From: a virus
Reading direction: 5' to 3' (one strand)
DNA: 64,000 bases
Virus record (IMG/VR): IMGVR_UViG_3300010430_000004
Span: 1 to 64,000 of that record
Shown here: positions 18,562-28,693 of the stretch, in pieces
Layout of the letters: every line of letters begins with the position of its first letter
How positions within the stretch are numbered: the first letter of the stretch is position 1
The notes under the pieces: model-generated
The model's database searches: none
Seen by the model: the letters and a program-made list of their open reading frames with translations, nothing else
What the model was told of the DNA's origin: nothing
Program-made: the position numbers and the translations under genes

Positions 18562-20699
18562 TGGCTCAAAGATTAGTAACAGACAGTCTGAATACTGTAA
18601 CGCCTGGTGCTTATCCTGATGTACAAGTTAGAAGCCAACCTGTAGGAATTGCCTCTGGTGGAGCTATCGTGATCATTGGTGAAGGTAACAGCGGTGAAAG
18701 ATATGATGAACAAGATGTTAAAAACGAATTTTACACACCGGATCAGTTCGATCGTGTAGAAGCTAAATATGGTGCTGGAAGTAATATTACAGACTCTATG
18801 GATGCTTTAACAGCGCCTGCTAATGACACTGAAATTCAGGGTTCAATCAGCAGAGTTTACATTCTTAAGACCAACAAGTCTGAGAAAGCAACAGCTGCTT
18901 TGGCTACTGCTTATGGTAACTTTAATGCCATTCGATCAGGTACTCCTGGAAATGAAATTAACTCTAAAATTACTCAAAGCCAAGCAGAAATTGCTCCTGT
19001 ATCTACTGGAACAGTTATTCCTGCTTTTGGTGCTGCCCTTGATGGTGCTGAGTTTGTTTTGAGACTTAACGGTGGATCTGAAACTACTATTACTCTTGGA
19101 GTTGGTGGACACGCAGATATGACTACTTTGCTTGCTGAAATTAATCCTCAACTTCCTGCTGGAATCACAGCTACTGAAGGTGCTACTTCTAACACTATGG
19201 TTCTTACCATGGATGCTGATGCTACTGCCCATCAAAAAGGTTGGGGCAAAAGCTTTGAAACTTCTGGTCTCAACGCTGATCTAGTTGCTCTTGGCTTAAC
19301 TGCTGGAACTACTAAGTCTTCTGCTGAAGCTGAAATTGAAGTTTCTATTGTTCGTCAAAGTACAAATACTAATGAAACTATCGAAGTCGAAAGCCCAATA
19401 GCTCTTGAGCTTGGTTATGAAGGTACTACTGGTTCTGCCACTACTACTGCTACCCAAATCTCTACTACCGTTACTGGTGGAGCTGGTGCTAACTTAGTTG
19501 CTACTTTTGCTGATTTTAAAACTCTTGGTGAGCTTGTTGATTATATCAACTCTCAAACAGGGTACACAGCTTCAACTCCAGCTGCTCAACGCCAAAGACC
19601 TAGTTCTGAACTAGACGCTACCACTACTGGTATTGCTTCTACTAACTCTGCTGCTAAAACTGGTAGATTTAAAAGAAACGTTGCTGATTTTACAGCTGCT
19701 ATAAGCACTTCTGCTGTTATCGCTCCTGAAGTAACTGCTGCTGAAGGTCTTCCAGATGCTACCGCTAATAGGTTCTACCTTACTGGTGGAGCTAAAGGTG
19801 CCACTACTGGTGCAGATATCAACAAAGCTATCGCTAAAGCTGAAAGCATTAAAGTTAACTTTGTTGTACCTCTATTTTCTAGAGATGCTTCTGACGATAT
19901 CACTGATAGCTTAACAGACTCAGCGTCTACTTATACTATTGATGCTATCCATGCTGATGTTAAAAGCCACGTACTTAAAATGAGTACTATTAAACTTAAA
20001 AGAAACCGTATTGCTTGCTTAAGCTTTAAAGGTGAATTCTTAGACAGTATTGAAAAAGCTGGTGCCCTTGGGACTTTCAGAGCAATCATCACTGTTCAGG
20101 ATATTGACCGAACTAGCCAAGGTGCAGTTAAAACTTTCCATCCTTGGATGGGAGCTACTGTAGCTGCTGGAATGCAATCTGCTGGATTTTACAAAGCCAT
20201 TTTTGGTAAATTTGCCAATGTTATCGCTTTCAGAGATCCTTCTGGATTTGATTCTGGTAATCCTGGTGATGTTGAAAGAGCCCTTGAGTCTGGATTATTC
20301 GTAATGCAAGATTCTGGTGACGGTCCTGAGTGGATCTCTGACCAAACTACTTACGGTCTTGACACTAACTTTGTTTACAACAGCTTACAAGCCGTTTACA
20401 TCTCTGATAGATTGGCCATTGACCTTTCTGACAGTGTTGAAAGACGCTTCAAAGGTAAGTCGCTTGCTGATATTGACGGTGGAACTGTTATTTCTTTTGT
20501 TCAACAAAAGATGGAAGAGTATAAGCGTATTAAGATGATTGCTGCTTCTGACGATGCACCTTTAGGTTTCAAAAACCTTAAGATCAAAGTCCGTGGGCCA
20601 ATCCTTGAGATTAGCATTGAAGTTAAACTAGCCACTGCTATTTACTTCATCCCACTTAACATTAACATTAGCCAAGTAGAGCTAAACGCTGCTGCGTAA
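18561..20699 (+). CDS. tail sheath protein
   Basis: 712 aa; N-term TPGAY...IIGEGNSG; C-term DQTTY...SLQAVY..D...RFKGK sheath signature. Confidence 0.92.
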   Translation: MAQRLVTDSLNTVTPGAYPDVQVRSQPVGIASGGAIVIIGEGNSGERYDEQDVKNEFYTPDQFDRVEAKYGAGSNITDSMDALTAPANDTEIQGSISRVYILKTNKSEKATAALATAYGNFNAIRSGTPGNEINSKITQSQAEIAPVSTGTVIPAFGAALDGAEFVLRLNGGSETTITLGVGGHADMTTLLAEINPQLPAGITATEGATSNTMVLTMDADATAHQKGWGKSFETSGLNADLVALGLTAGTTKSSAEAEIEVSIVRQSTNTNETIEVESPIALELGYEGTTGSATTTATQISTTVTGGAGANLVATFADFKTLGELVDYINSQTGYTASTPAAQRQRPSSELDATTTGIASTNSAAKTGRFKRNVADFTAAISTSAVIAPEVTAAEGLPDATANRFYLTGGAKGATTGADINKAIAKAESIKVNFVVPLFSRDASDDITDSLTDSASTYTIDAIHADVKSHVLKMSTIKLKRNRIACLSFKGEFLDSIEKAGALGTFRAIITVQDIDRTSQGAVKTFHPWMGATVAAGMQSAGFYKAIFGKFANVIAFRDPSGFDSGNPGDVERALESGLFVMQDSGDGPEWISDQTTYGLDTNFVYNSLQAVYISDRLAIDLSDSVERRFKGKSLADIDGGTVISFVQQKMEEYKRIKMIAASDDAPLGFKNLKIKVRGPILEISIEVKLATAIYFIPLNINISQVELNAAA

Positions 20700-20720
20700 T
20701 TGAATTAAAGGAGATTAGAT

Positions 20721-21170
20721 ATGGCACAAACTATGACAGGCGCAAGAGCAAAGGTTTTCGTAGATGACGTTTTAGTCGCTATCTACGAATCTTGTAGCTA
20801 CGGCGCTAATATTGGAGTAGAACCTATTCACACACTAGGTCGCTTCAGCGCACACGAAATTGCTCCTACTAGCTATGAAGCAGTAGTAGTAAACTGTGCT
20901 GGATTTAGAATTGTAGGAAATGGTGTTCACACTTTACCAAAAGTTCCAAAGGTACAAGATTTACTTAACCTTGAGAACGTTAAACTTTCTGTTTCTGACA
21001 GACAGACAGGTGAGAACATTATGACTGTAACTGGTTGTGTAGGCAATGCTTACAACACCAATCTACAAGCTAGAGCCACTACTCGTGTTCAAGTTACTTA
21101 TACTGGCACTATCCTTAGTGATGAGGACGGTGGACAGTCTGAAGGTAATGAAGCTGTAGAATTACCGTAA
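20721..21170 (+). CDS. tail tube protein
   Basis: 149 aa directly after the sheath; TGAR.KV...EPIHTLG.F...E pattern. Confidence 0.88.
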   Translation: MAQTMTGARAKVFVDDVLVAIYESCSYGANIGVEPIHTLGRFSAHEIAPTSYEAVVVNCAGFRIVGNGVHTLPKVPKVQDLLNLENVKLSVSDRQTGENIMTVTGCVGNAYNTNLQARATTRVQVTYTGTILSDEDGGQSEGNEAVELP

Positions 21171-21195
21171 TAGTAATAATATCATTAAAACTATT

Positions 21196-21225
21196 AAAAA
21201 GGGACGGCTTGCTGTCCCTTTTTTT
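21196..21225 (+). terminator. intrinsic terminator
   Basis: GGGACGG-CTTG-CTGTCCC-T7, preceded by A5. Confidence 0.9.
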
Positions 21226-21235
21226 ATTTAAAAGG

Positions 21236-21248
21236 TAATCTTTAATAT
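21236..21248 (+). promoter_or_regulatory. late promoter, leaderless transcript
   Basis: TAATCTTTAATAT directly followed by ATG, no RBS. Confidence 0.75.
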
Positions 21249-21884
21249 ATGGCGCTAGAAGATAGATGGTTAGAAGTAACCCCTCAAAATTTTATACAAA
21301 ATGGTATGTCTAATGGCTATATCTTCTTGAAAACTGTGAAAGGTTTCAAGATTAGACAAGTAGTTACCATTAAAGCCTCTGGATTACCTGATTTGGATCT
21401 AGACGTTATAAATGTATATCCTGATCACCTTATAGTTGGCAGATTTGCTAATAAAGATAGAGTGGATATAAGTGACTATACCATAGCCTTAAGTGCTACA
21501 GTTGAAGCCAAAGAGCAAGTTAAGAAATATATAACAGATAAAGACTTACTTAGTCATGTATATGAGGTAGAGCCTATCAATGCTATTAGAACTGCTGGAG
21601 TTGACGAAAATGGAGCTTATGGAACTTCTCTTAAAGTTGAAGTAGATGGAAAGCCTACTAAAGTCACTGGTTTTAGTTGTCCCGATGGCTCAACTGCTGC
21701 TGATGTTAGAGTTGTCCATGATGGTTTTACTAAAGCTTGGGATGATATTGAAGTAACCGCTAGGCGTGGTGATGGCCAGCCAGCAGAAATAACTACTAGA
21801 AAAGGTGGAATAGATGTTCAAGTTGGAACCCTTGACTACTTTGCTGACGGTGAATTTCAAAGACTGAGAGTTGTAGATGCCTAA
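21249..21884 (+). CDS. hypothetical virion protein
   Basis: 211 aa, first gene of the fibre operon. Confidence 0.65.
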   Translation: MALEDRWLEVTPQNFIQNGMSNGYIFLKTVKGFKIRQVVTIKASGLPDLDLDVINVYPDHLIVGRFANKDRVDISDYTIALSATVEAKEQVKKYITDKDLLSHVYEVEPINAIRTAGVDENGAYGTSLKVEVDGKPTKVTGFSCPDGSTAADVRVVHDGFTKAWDDIEVTARRGDGQPAEITTRKGGIDVQVGTLDYFADGEFQRLRVVDA

Positions 21885-22101
21885 GACTAAACTAAAAATT
21901 AATCCATTACCAAAAATATTCGATCTTGTTCAAGAAGACAACAGACCTTTTCCACCTTTTACTGAGTACTATTGTGGAACATTGGAAGAGCTGGCTGCTC
22001 ATCCTGATAGAAACAACAAACTAAATGCCTGTACTTTGCCAGCTACTAAGACTAAGCAAGTTATGGATTTTGGTACTTTAGATGATTTGTGTGAGGACTA
22101 A
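21877..22101 (+). CDS. hypothetical protein
   Basis: Overlap-coupled; C-term DFGTL. Confidence 0.55.
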   Translation: MPKTKLKINPLPKIFDLVQEDNRPFPPFTEYYCGTLEELAAHPDRNNKLNACTLPATKTKQVMDFGTLDDLCED

Positions 22102-23370
22102 ATGAGTTGCGTAACTAGAATACAATTTTTAAGAGGAACATCTGCTCAAAGACTAGCATTTACACCTTTAGATGGAGAGCTTGTTTGGGATACAGATTCC
22201 AAAGAAATGTACGTTGGAGATGGCACCACTCTTGGTGGATTGCCTCTATCAAATTTAACAAATGAACAAATCCAAGATATTGTTGGTGCCCTTATAGGTG
22301 ATTCGTCCACTATTGACGTTACTTATAACGATGCTGGTGACGTTTTAACTATGGATGTTATCACTACTGCTTTAGATCACGATGATTTAATGAACTCTGG
22401 TACAAATACTCATGCTCAAATTGATGCCCACTTAGCTAGCACAGCTAATCCACACACAGTTACTATTACTCAGGCAATAAATGCTGATGGTGGAACTGAC
22501 ATTACTGTTACTGAATTAGAAACTCTTACGGATGGATCTGAAGCTAGTTCTCTGCATCACCACGATAGCAGATACTATACTGAAAGTGAGATTGATGGCC
22601 AACAACTTATTCAAGATAATGCTATTGCTCAAAATGCTTCTGATATCTCTACCGAGATAACTAATAGAACCAATGCAGATATAGTCCTGCAAAACCAAAT
22701 AACAAGCAATGACAACGACATTCTTACTAACGCTAACGCTATTGCTCAAAATGCTTCTGATTTAACTGATCACGAAAATGATACAGGAAATCCTCATTCA
22801 GTCACATTTACCCAAGCAGTAACTGCTGATGCTGGCACTGATATTACTGCTGCTGAAGCTGAGACTCTTACAGATACTTCTGATGCCAGCTCCTTACATA
22901 ACCATGACACTCAATATAAAAAAGCCTATTGGCAAGGTGGACAAGCAGCTGACCAAACAGCGATTGCTGCTGCTGGTGCCAACATGACTATTGTTCAGAG
23001 AAAAAATAGTGATGCTACTATTTTTGTTCTAGCCACTAATGAACTTACCATTAGTAAAACAGCAGATTTTAAATTTGAAATAGAAGTTTCTGGAGATACA
23101 GAAACTGGTGCTCGTGAAACCCTAGTAGCTAAACTTCAAAGAGATACTGGTGGAGGCTTTGTAGATTTACCATTAACTGAAGGTAAAAGCTATGGCTATT
23201 CTTATCATAGAAACAATGCTTCTGGAGAAGACACTAATTGCATTACAGTAATAGTTTCAGTAACCTCTGGTGATAAATTTAGAGTTGTTTTGGCTTGTCC
23301 AACCAGTGCCACTGCGCCTGGTGTTAAAACCATTGCCCTTGGTACTGGTATTATTGTGGAGGAAAAGTAA
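22102..23370 (+). CDS. fibre protein (Mtd/hyaluronidase-type N-terminus, C1q/BclA-like tip)
   Basis: IQFLRGT...GELVWDTD...YVGDG.T.GG; NPH.VT repeats; beta-rich C-terminus. Confidence 0.75.
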   Translation: MSCVTRIQFLRGTSAQRLAFTPLDGELVWDTDSKEMYVGDGTTLGGLPLSNLTNEQIQDIVGALIGDSSTIDVTYNDAGDVLTMDVITTALDHDDLMNSGTNTHAQIDAHLASTANPHTVTITQAINADGGTDITVTELETLTDGSEASSLHHHDSRYYTESEIDGQQLIQDNAIAQNASDISTEITNRTNADIVLQNQITSNDNDILTNANAIAQNASDLTDHENDTGNPHSVTFTQAVTADAGTDITAAEAETLTDTSDASSLHNHDTQYKKAYWQGGQAADQTAIAAAGANMTIVQRKNSDATIFVLATNELTISKTADFKFEIEVSGDTETGARETLVAKLQRDTGGGFVDLPLTEGKSYGYSYHRNNASGEDTNCITVIVSVTSGDKFRVVLACPTSATAPGVKTIALGTGIIVEEK

Positions 23371-25772
23371 TGTCTGTTACTTTAAAAGCCTATAGAGATG
23401 CTGATGGCGTAATAATTAAATATGTTGAGGGTGGAGAAGAAGAGTTAAGAGCAGCTTCAGATGTTTCTTTAACTAGAATTCCTGCTGAAGATAAAATAGT
23501 CTCTAATGATGAATTAACTAACGAAACCCCTGTAACCGTAAGCCAAGTAACTGGTTTTAATGCAGCTGCTTCAGCAGCGGCTCCTGTCCAACAAGTTGCT
23601 GGAAAAACTGGCAACGTTACCTTGGTAAAAGGAGACGTTGGTTTAGGTAACGTAGATAATACTTCTGACACCGATAAGCCAGTTTCTGATGATCAGCAAA
23701 CAGCACTTGATTTAAAATATGATGCTTCAAATCCATCAAATTATGTCAATGCTGCCCAAGCAGGCTCTTCAGCTCCTGTTCAAGATGTAGCTGGAAAAAC
23801 TGGCAATGTAGTTTTAAACAAAAATGATGTTGGTTTAAACAACGTAGATAATACTAGTGACGTTAATAAACCTGTAAGCACCGCTACTCAGAATGCTCTT
23901 AACTTAAAATATGATGCTTCAAACCCCAATGGATATCAAACGTCTGCTCAAGTACAAGCCATTGTTGATACTGTTATTGATGCTGCTCCTGGAACTTTAG
24001 ATACCCTTAACGAGCTTGCTGCTGCATTGGGTGATGATCCAAACTTTGCCACTACAATAACTAATCAAATAAACGATGTTCAAAGTAATTTAGATGACCA
24101 TGAAAATGATGCAGCCAACCCTCATTCAGTAACTAAAGCTCAAGTAGGTCTAGGTAATGCTGATAACACTAGTGACGCTAATAAGCCTGTAAGTACAGCC
24201 CAACAAACAGCTCTTAACTTAAAGTATGATGCAAGTAATCCAGCCAATTACGTCAACGCTGCTGGTGCATCAGCTGCTGCACCTGTGCAAAGTGTAGCTG
24301 GAAAAACTGGAGCTGTTGCTTTAGTAAAAGCAGATGTTGGCTTAGGAAATGTAGACAATACTAGTGATTTAAATAAACCAGTTTCAACTGCTACTCAGAA
24401 TGCTTTAAATCTTAAATATGACGCAAGTAATCCTAATGGCTATGAAACGCCTGCTCAATTAAACACCAGAGATTCTAACAATAGAAATAGATCAAATCAC
24501 ACAGGCACTCAATTAGCCTCTACTATTTCTAATTTTGCCGCTACTGTTAGAAGTACAGTTCTTACTGGTTTAGTAACAAGCACTAATGCAATTATAACAG
24601 CAACAGATACTTTACTCGTTGCTCTTGGTAAACTTCAAGCACAAATTACAGCAAACTTAACTACTGCAAACAATCACATAGGCAGTACAAGCAACCCTCA
24701 CTCGGTTACTAAGGCTCAAGTTGGGTTAGGAAATGCTGATAATACCAGTGACGTTAATAAGCCAATTTCAACTGCTACCCAAAATGCTCTTAACTTGAAA
24801 GCTAATTCTGCTGACGTATATACTCAGGCCCAATTAAATGCTGGCCAATTAGATACTAGGTACTATACTGAAACTGAAATTGACGCTGCTCAACTTATTC
24901 AAGATAATGCTATTGCCTTAAATACTGCTAAAGTAAGCGCCGATGGTTCTGTAGGCACTCATAATGATTTTGATCTTACAGGGGTTGCTACTGGAGATCA
25001 ATTTGCTTGGGATGGAACTAAAATAGCACCAGTGTCTATTTTAAACGGCTTTACATTATTTCCTATATGGGCCGAAGAAAGTGGTGGAGCTACTAATGGA
25101 AGTCAGCAATATTCTTTTGGTAATGGTGCTACAGGTAATATTGGTATTCCATTAGCCACAGATTGTGAATTGTTTGCTGTATCAATGCAAGCAGAGGCTT
25201 TTGGTACAAGTATCTCAATAGATTATGAAAAAAATGGCGTAGCAGTTCATACAGAAACTTTCAATGGAGGCCAAGGAACTGTGGCAATCACTGCTATCCC
25301 TTTTGTTTTTGGAGATTTAATTACATTTAGAACAAACACAGAAGTCGGCACATATTCCGATATCAGAGTAATTGCTTGGTTTAGAGTAAAAGCTAACGCA
25401 GTATTCCCTACCCCAGATAGAAGTCGAGTAACTAACACTGCGGTTGCCTTTTCAGCTACTTCTTGGCAAAATATTCCAGGAATGAGTACCACTGTTACTG
25501 TAACAGATACTGGGACAGTGGATGGAACAGTTAACTATTCTGCTGCTAGATCTGGTGGAACAAATGCTGAAGCAGAATTTAGAGTGGTTATTGATGGAAA
25601 TAACGGATTTTCATTCCCCGATACGCTTTCAACTTTTAACGATAACGGCTCATCAGCGCATAGTGTCAGCAGCTTGCCAGCAGGGACCTACACTGTAACA
25701 GCTCAATGCCAAACAACACAACCAATAACCATAGCTGCCATAGTACTAACCGCTGTAGGAGTAGAGGATTAA
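23370..25772 (+). CDS. long tail fibre protein
   Basis: Five VGL.N.DNTSD..KP.S repeats; APGTLDTLNELAAALGDDPNFATT fibre motif. Confidence 0.85.
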   Translation: MSVTLKAYRDADGVIIKYVEGGEEELRAASDVSLTRIPAEDKIVSNDELTNETPVTVSQVTGFNAAASAAAPVQQVAGKTGNVTLVKGDVGLGNVDNTSDTDKPVSDDQQTALDLKYDASNPSNYVNAAQAGSSAPVQDVAGKTGNVVLNKNDVGLNNVDNTSDVNKPVSTATQNALNLKYDASNPNGYQTSAQVQAIVDTVIDAAPGTLDTLNELAAALGDDPNFATTITNQINDVQSNLDDHENDAANPHSVTKAQVGLGNADNTSDANKPVSTAQQTALNLKYDASNPANYVNAAGASAAAPVQSVAGKTGAVALVKADVGLGNVDNTSDLNKPVSTATQNALNLKYDASNPNGYETPAQLNTRDSNNRNRSNHTGTQLASTISNFAATVRSTVLTGLVTSTNAIITATDTLLVALGKLQAQITANLTTANNHIGSTSNPHSVTKAQVGLGNADNTSDVNKPISTATQNALNLKANSADVYTQAQLNAGQLDTRYYTETEIDAAQLIQDNAIALNTAKVSADGSVGTHNDFDLTGVATGDQFAWDGTKIAPVSILNGFTLFPIWAEESGGATNGSQQYSFGNGATGNIGIPLATDCELFAVSMQAEAFGTSISIDYEKNGVAVHTETFNGGQGTVAITAIPFVFGDLITFRTNTEVGTYSDIRVIAWFRVKANAVFPTPDRSRVTNTAVAFSATSWQNIPGMSTTVTVTDTGTVDGTVNYSAARSGGTNAEAEFRVVIDGNNGFSFPDTLSTFNDNGSSAHSVSSLPAGTYTVTAQCQTTQPITIAAIVLTAVGVED

Positions 25773-25773
25773 C

Positions 25774-26619
25774 ATGGACAAAAAATATACCATACCCAAA
25801 TTTAACCAAAACACTTTTCTTAAAGACGCTTCAGATAGCCTAAAAACTAAAGTTTATGCTATGACGTATAAAGGTGGAGAGCTAAGGGTTTATTATTCTC
25901 CAGCTTTAAACGCTCAAGAACAAGCAGAGTTAGACGTTGTTGTAGCTAATCACGATGGAACCCCTACCTCTAAGTTGAGAATATACAGGGTTTTACCAGA
26001 AATCCTTGAGCCTTTAATTTCCGATTTTACTATTCTTGGTTTTAGAAAAATTTCACCAAGTTATGAGCGTGGTAGAAAAACTAGAGCAGTTTATATGTGT
26101 GTGGAAAAGGATGAAATTATTGTTGAAAAGATTTTTAGTGACGTTTTTGATGAAAACAATAACTTAACTGGAACAGAGATAACTTTTAATTGGTATGATG
26201 AAGATGGCAATATAGGTTTAAGTAAAAAAGAACTTGCTAGATCATACAATAAGTATGAAGCTGAAACTGAAATGAGAAAAAGAAGAGAAAGACAAATAGA
26301 TTATTTAGTTGCTGGTGCTAAGGGTACTCCGATTGAGCCTAGTCTAAATGCTGTATTTTCTAAATTTTACAACGAAGTTATGCTTTATAAAGATCAAGGC
26401 GATGCTGCTCCATTAGGAAAAGCTTTGGATTCTGTTAAATACACTCCAAACGTTATTCCAGGAAGTGTTGAAGAGACCAACAACAATTTGTGGGCCATTC
26501 TTAACCAAGTGCCTTTGCCTAGAGTAGATGATCCTGAAAAATTTATTTATGTTATTCAATCAATAAAATACCAAATAGGGCTGTTAACTTTAGAGGAAAT
26601 AGATAGTGCCAACTCCTGA
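25774..26619 (+). CDS. putative fibre-associated/assembly protein
   Basis: Immediately after the fibre; ELDVVVANH motif. Confidence 0.5.
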   Translation: MDKKYTIPKFNQNTFLKDASDSLKTKVYAMTYKGGELRVYYSPALNAQEQAELDVVVANHDGTPTSKLRIYRVLPEILEPLISDFTILGFRKISPSYERGRKTRAVYMCVEKDEIIVEKIFSDVFDENNNLTGTEITFNWYDEDGNIGLSKKELARSYNKYEAETEMRKRRERQIDYLVAGAKGTPIEPSLNAVFSKFYNEVMLYKDQGDAAPLGKALDSVKYTPNVIPGSVEETNNNLWAILNQVPLPRVDDPEKFIYVIQSIKYQIGLLTLEEIDSANS

Positions 26620-26899
26620 ACGTAAAGACTATTGTGGCCCATACTGGATGCCTTCTTTTATGAGAAAGTGGTTAAGCTCAAAATTTAACGCTTCTTGTAA
26701 AATACACGATAGAGATTACGAAAAAGGAATACCCCAAGAAAAGGCCGATTTTAGATTTATACAACATCTATATAGACAATCTAAGGGTAGATTTTTCTGG
26801 GAAGTTGTAGCTTGTATATTCTTTTTAATGGTTAGGGCTGGTGGAAAAATTTCCTGGAAAAAAGCCCAAGAAGAATCTAAAGACTCAAATTCAAATTAA
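26606..26899 (+). CDS. phospholipase A2-like / DUF1353-like small protein
   Basis: YCGP...F..SCKIHDRDY...KAD..F...VR..G. Confidence 0.6.
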   Translation: MPTPERKDYCGPYWMPSFMRKWLSSKFNASCKIHDRDYEKGIPQEKADFRFIQHLYRQSKGRFFWEVVACIFFLMVRAGGKISWKKAQEESKDSNSN

Positions 26900-27851
26900 T
26901 AAAGTAATTAGTGCCATCTTTGTTCCAACCAATGCCAGGACCAATATAAGTGTTGGTCAATAGCTTTGGATAAAATCTATAACTAAACGGTATAAAGTTA
27001 ACCCCTACATCACTAAAGTCTGTGTTAGCATCTACTCCAAATTGTAAAAACTTATAATCTAGATCATTTCTGGAGTTTCCATAACCAGAGGTACTAAAGT
27101 TGAGGGTTGGCCTAACAAAACTTTTACCAGAACCCAGACCAGCATTAATACCCATATTAGTATGTGGTGCCCACCATAAAATTTTCTTATCTTCTATCTT
27201 TTCAGTAGGGTCAATAATGGCTGTTCCACCAATAATTTTCAGTGGATATTTTTTATCTTGCCAACTAGAATATCCGTCTATTCTTTTAGCTAATGGGCTT
27301 CTTTCTTTCTTTATTAAAAAAGCCTTGGAAAAAACCCTAACGTGTCCTGTCTTCTCATCTACTGTTTGTAAGGTATTGACCTCTATCTCAAAGGCATAGT
27401 TTCTTTTGTAGGTCCTGCCATCGTTTTTAATCATTATGTAGCCTACTGCTGGAGAGTCTGGCCCTGCTAGGCGTAGCTCGTTTAAGACATAGTTTCTTGT
27501 TCTTTTCTTAGTCTCAAAATAATAGTCTGGTCCATTTTGCTTTTCTACATGGCGACCAATAAGGTACGTGGCATCACTAAGCAGCTTAATTTTCTCATCT
27601 TTTTCTTTATTTACTTCTGCAAATCTCTTCTTTGCCTCTATTGCTAAGTCTTTCTGGGTGCGATAGTCGCTTTCTAATTTTGCAGTATATTTAGTAAGTT
27701 GCTCATATTTTGTCTTAGTTCCTATAAGTTCAGCATATTTAACTTTCTCTTGACTATCTCTCCAAAGCGAATAGCCAAATAGTACTATGCCTACAACTGT
27801 AACCAATATCAGTAAATTACTGAAATACTTAGAAAAAATGTCCTTAATCAT
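26877..27851 (-). CDS. membrane-anchored protein: N-terminal TM, coiled coil, C-terminal beta strands
   Basis: TM LLILVTVVGIVLFGYSLW; ends YFINLNLSL. Confidence 0.7.
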   Translation of the reverse strand: MIKDIFSKYFSNLLILVTVVGIVLFGYSLWRDSQEKVKYAELIGTKTKYEQLTKYTAKLESDYRTQKDLAIEAKKRFAEVNKEKDEKIKLLSDATYLIGRHVEKQNGPDYYFETKKRTRNYVLNELRLAGPDSPAVGYIMIKNDGRTYKRNYAFEIEVNTLQTVDEKTGHVRVFSKAFLIKKERSPLAKRIDGYSSWQDKKYPLKIIGGTAIIDPTEKIEDKKILWWAPHTNMGINAGLGSGKSFVRPTLNFSTSGYGNSRNDLDYKFLQFGVDANTDFSDVGVNFIPFSYRFYPKLLTNTYIGPGIGWNKDGTNYFINLNLSL

Positions 27852-27883
27852 CAGAGTCTCCTAACCTATTGGCATTACTATAA

Positions 27884-27891
27884 TAATATCG
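27884..27891 (-). promoter_or_regulatory. putative middle promoter (CGATATTA)
   Basis: Motif upstream of the 27851 start. Confidence 0.6.
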
Positions 27892-27902
27892 CCAAACTGT
27901 GG

Positions 27903-27911
27903 TAATCTTTA
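27903..27911 (+). promoter_or_regulatory. late promoter motif
   Basis: TAATCTTTA. Confidence 0.7.
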
Positions 27912-27936
27912 TTAAAAGGACTTTTGTGGGATCATT

Positions 27937-28251
27937 ATGAGTATAGAAGACGTTAAAGCTGATGTAAAAACTATAGGTACAAAATTAGACGATTTTCATG
28001 TGAGAATCGCCAATATTGAAGCATTGCTAGAAGTCTATAACAGCCTCTTAGAAGTTCACATAGAAGGGGTAAAAGAGAACAAAAGAAGAAATGACCTTCT
28101 TGAACAAAAGCACAACATGGAAGTTCTCAAATTCGAAAAAACCATGGCCCCTATTGAATCTCATGTAAAAATTGTAAACTTTACATTTAGATATATGTTC
28201 TTACCAATCACAATAGCTGTTGCTATTTTTTGGATAAAAACAAACTTTTAA
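27937..28251 (+). CDS. putative holin-like protein (coiled coil + C-terminal TM)
   Basis: XhlA-like architecture; own late promoter. Confidence 0.45.
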   Translation: MSIEDVKADVKTIGTKLDDFHVRIANIEALLEVYNSLLEVHIEGVKENKRRNDLLEQKHNMEVLKFEKTMAPIESHVKIVNFTFRYMFLPITIAVAIFWIKTNF

Positions 28252-28691
28252 TCATCGCTTTCATCTAAATCAGAATAGTCTTTAACGACAACATTATCTT
28301 TGGCCTTTTTCTCAGGCTCATCCTTTTTAATCTTAACTTTCTTACCATCCACAATAGTATAACCCTTTTTAGCGAGTTCTCTAAGGTTTTCAGCAACAGC
28401 TTCTTCATCTGCTTTGCGTATTCTTTCAGCGTGTTCTTTAGAGCCTTCAGGATTAATAGTATTATCTATGATATCTGGGATTGTATCAAAATCAATATTG
28501 TCCACATCATCTTCATAGTAATGCTGAAGAAGCCACATTACTGGCATCTTTTCAACTTTAGCCAAATCCATGCTAAAATTCTTTGATATTTGACGACACA
28601 TTCTTCTATACATAAATGGTGCATTTTCTTCAATAGCATCAGAAAGTGCTTTTAATTTGGCTAGTCTGTATATAGAAAAATTATCGCTCAT
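28248..28691 (-). CDS. hypothetical, possible tail assembly chaperone (second)
   Basis: Follows the 28694 gene; helical. Confidence 0.4.
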   Translation of the reverse strand: MSDNFSIYRLAKLKALSDAIEENAPFMYRRMCRQISKNFSMDLAKVEKMPVMWLLQHYYEDDVDNIDFDTIPDIIDNTINPEGSKEHAERIRKADEEAVAENLRELAKKGYTIVDGKKVKIKKDEPEKKAKDNVVVKDYSDLDESDD

Positions 28692-28693
28692 AG

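Noticed and set aside
22102-25772. Diversity-generating retroelement suggested by the Mtd-like N-terminus
   Set aside because: No reverse transcriptase and no adenine-specific TR/VR pair seen in this window
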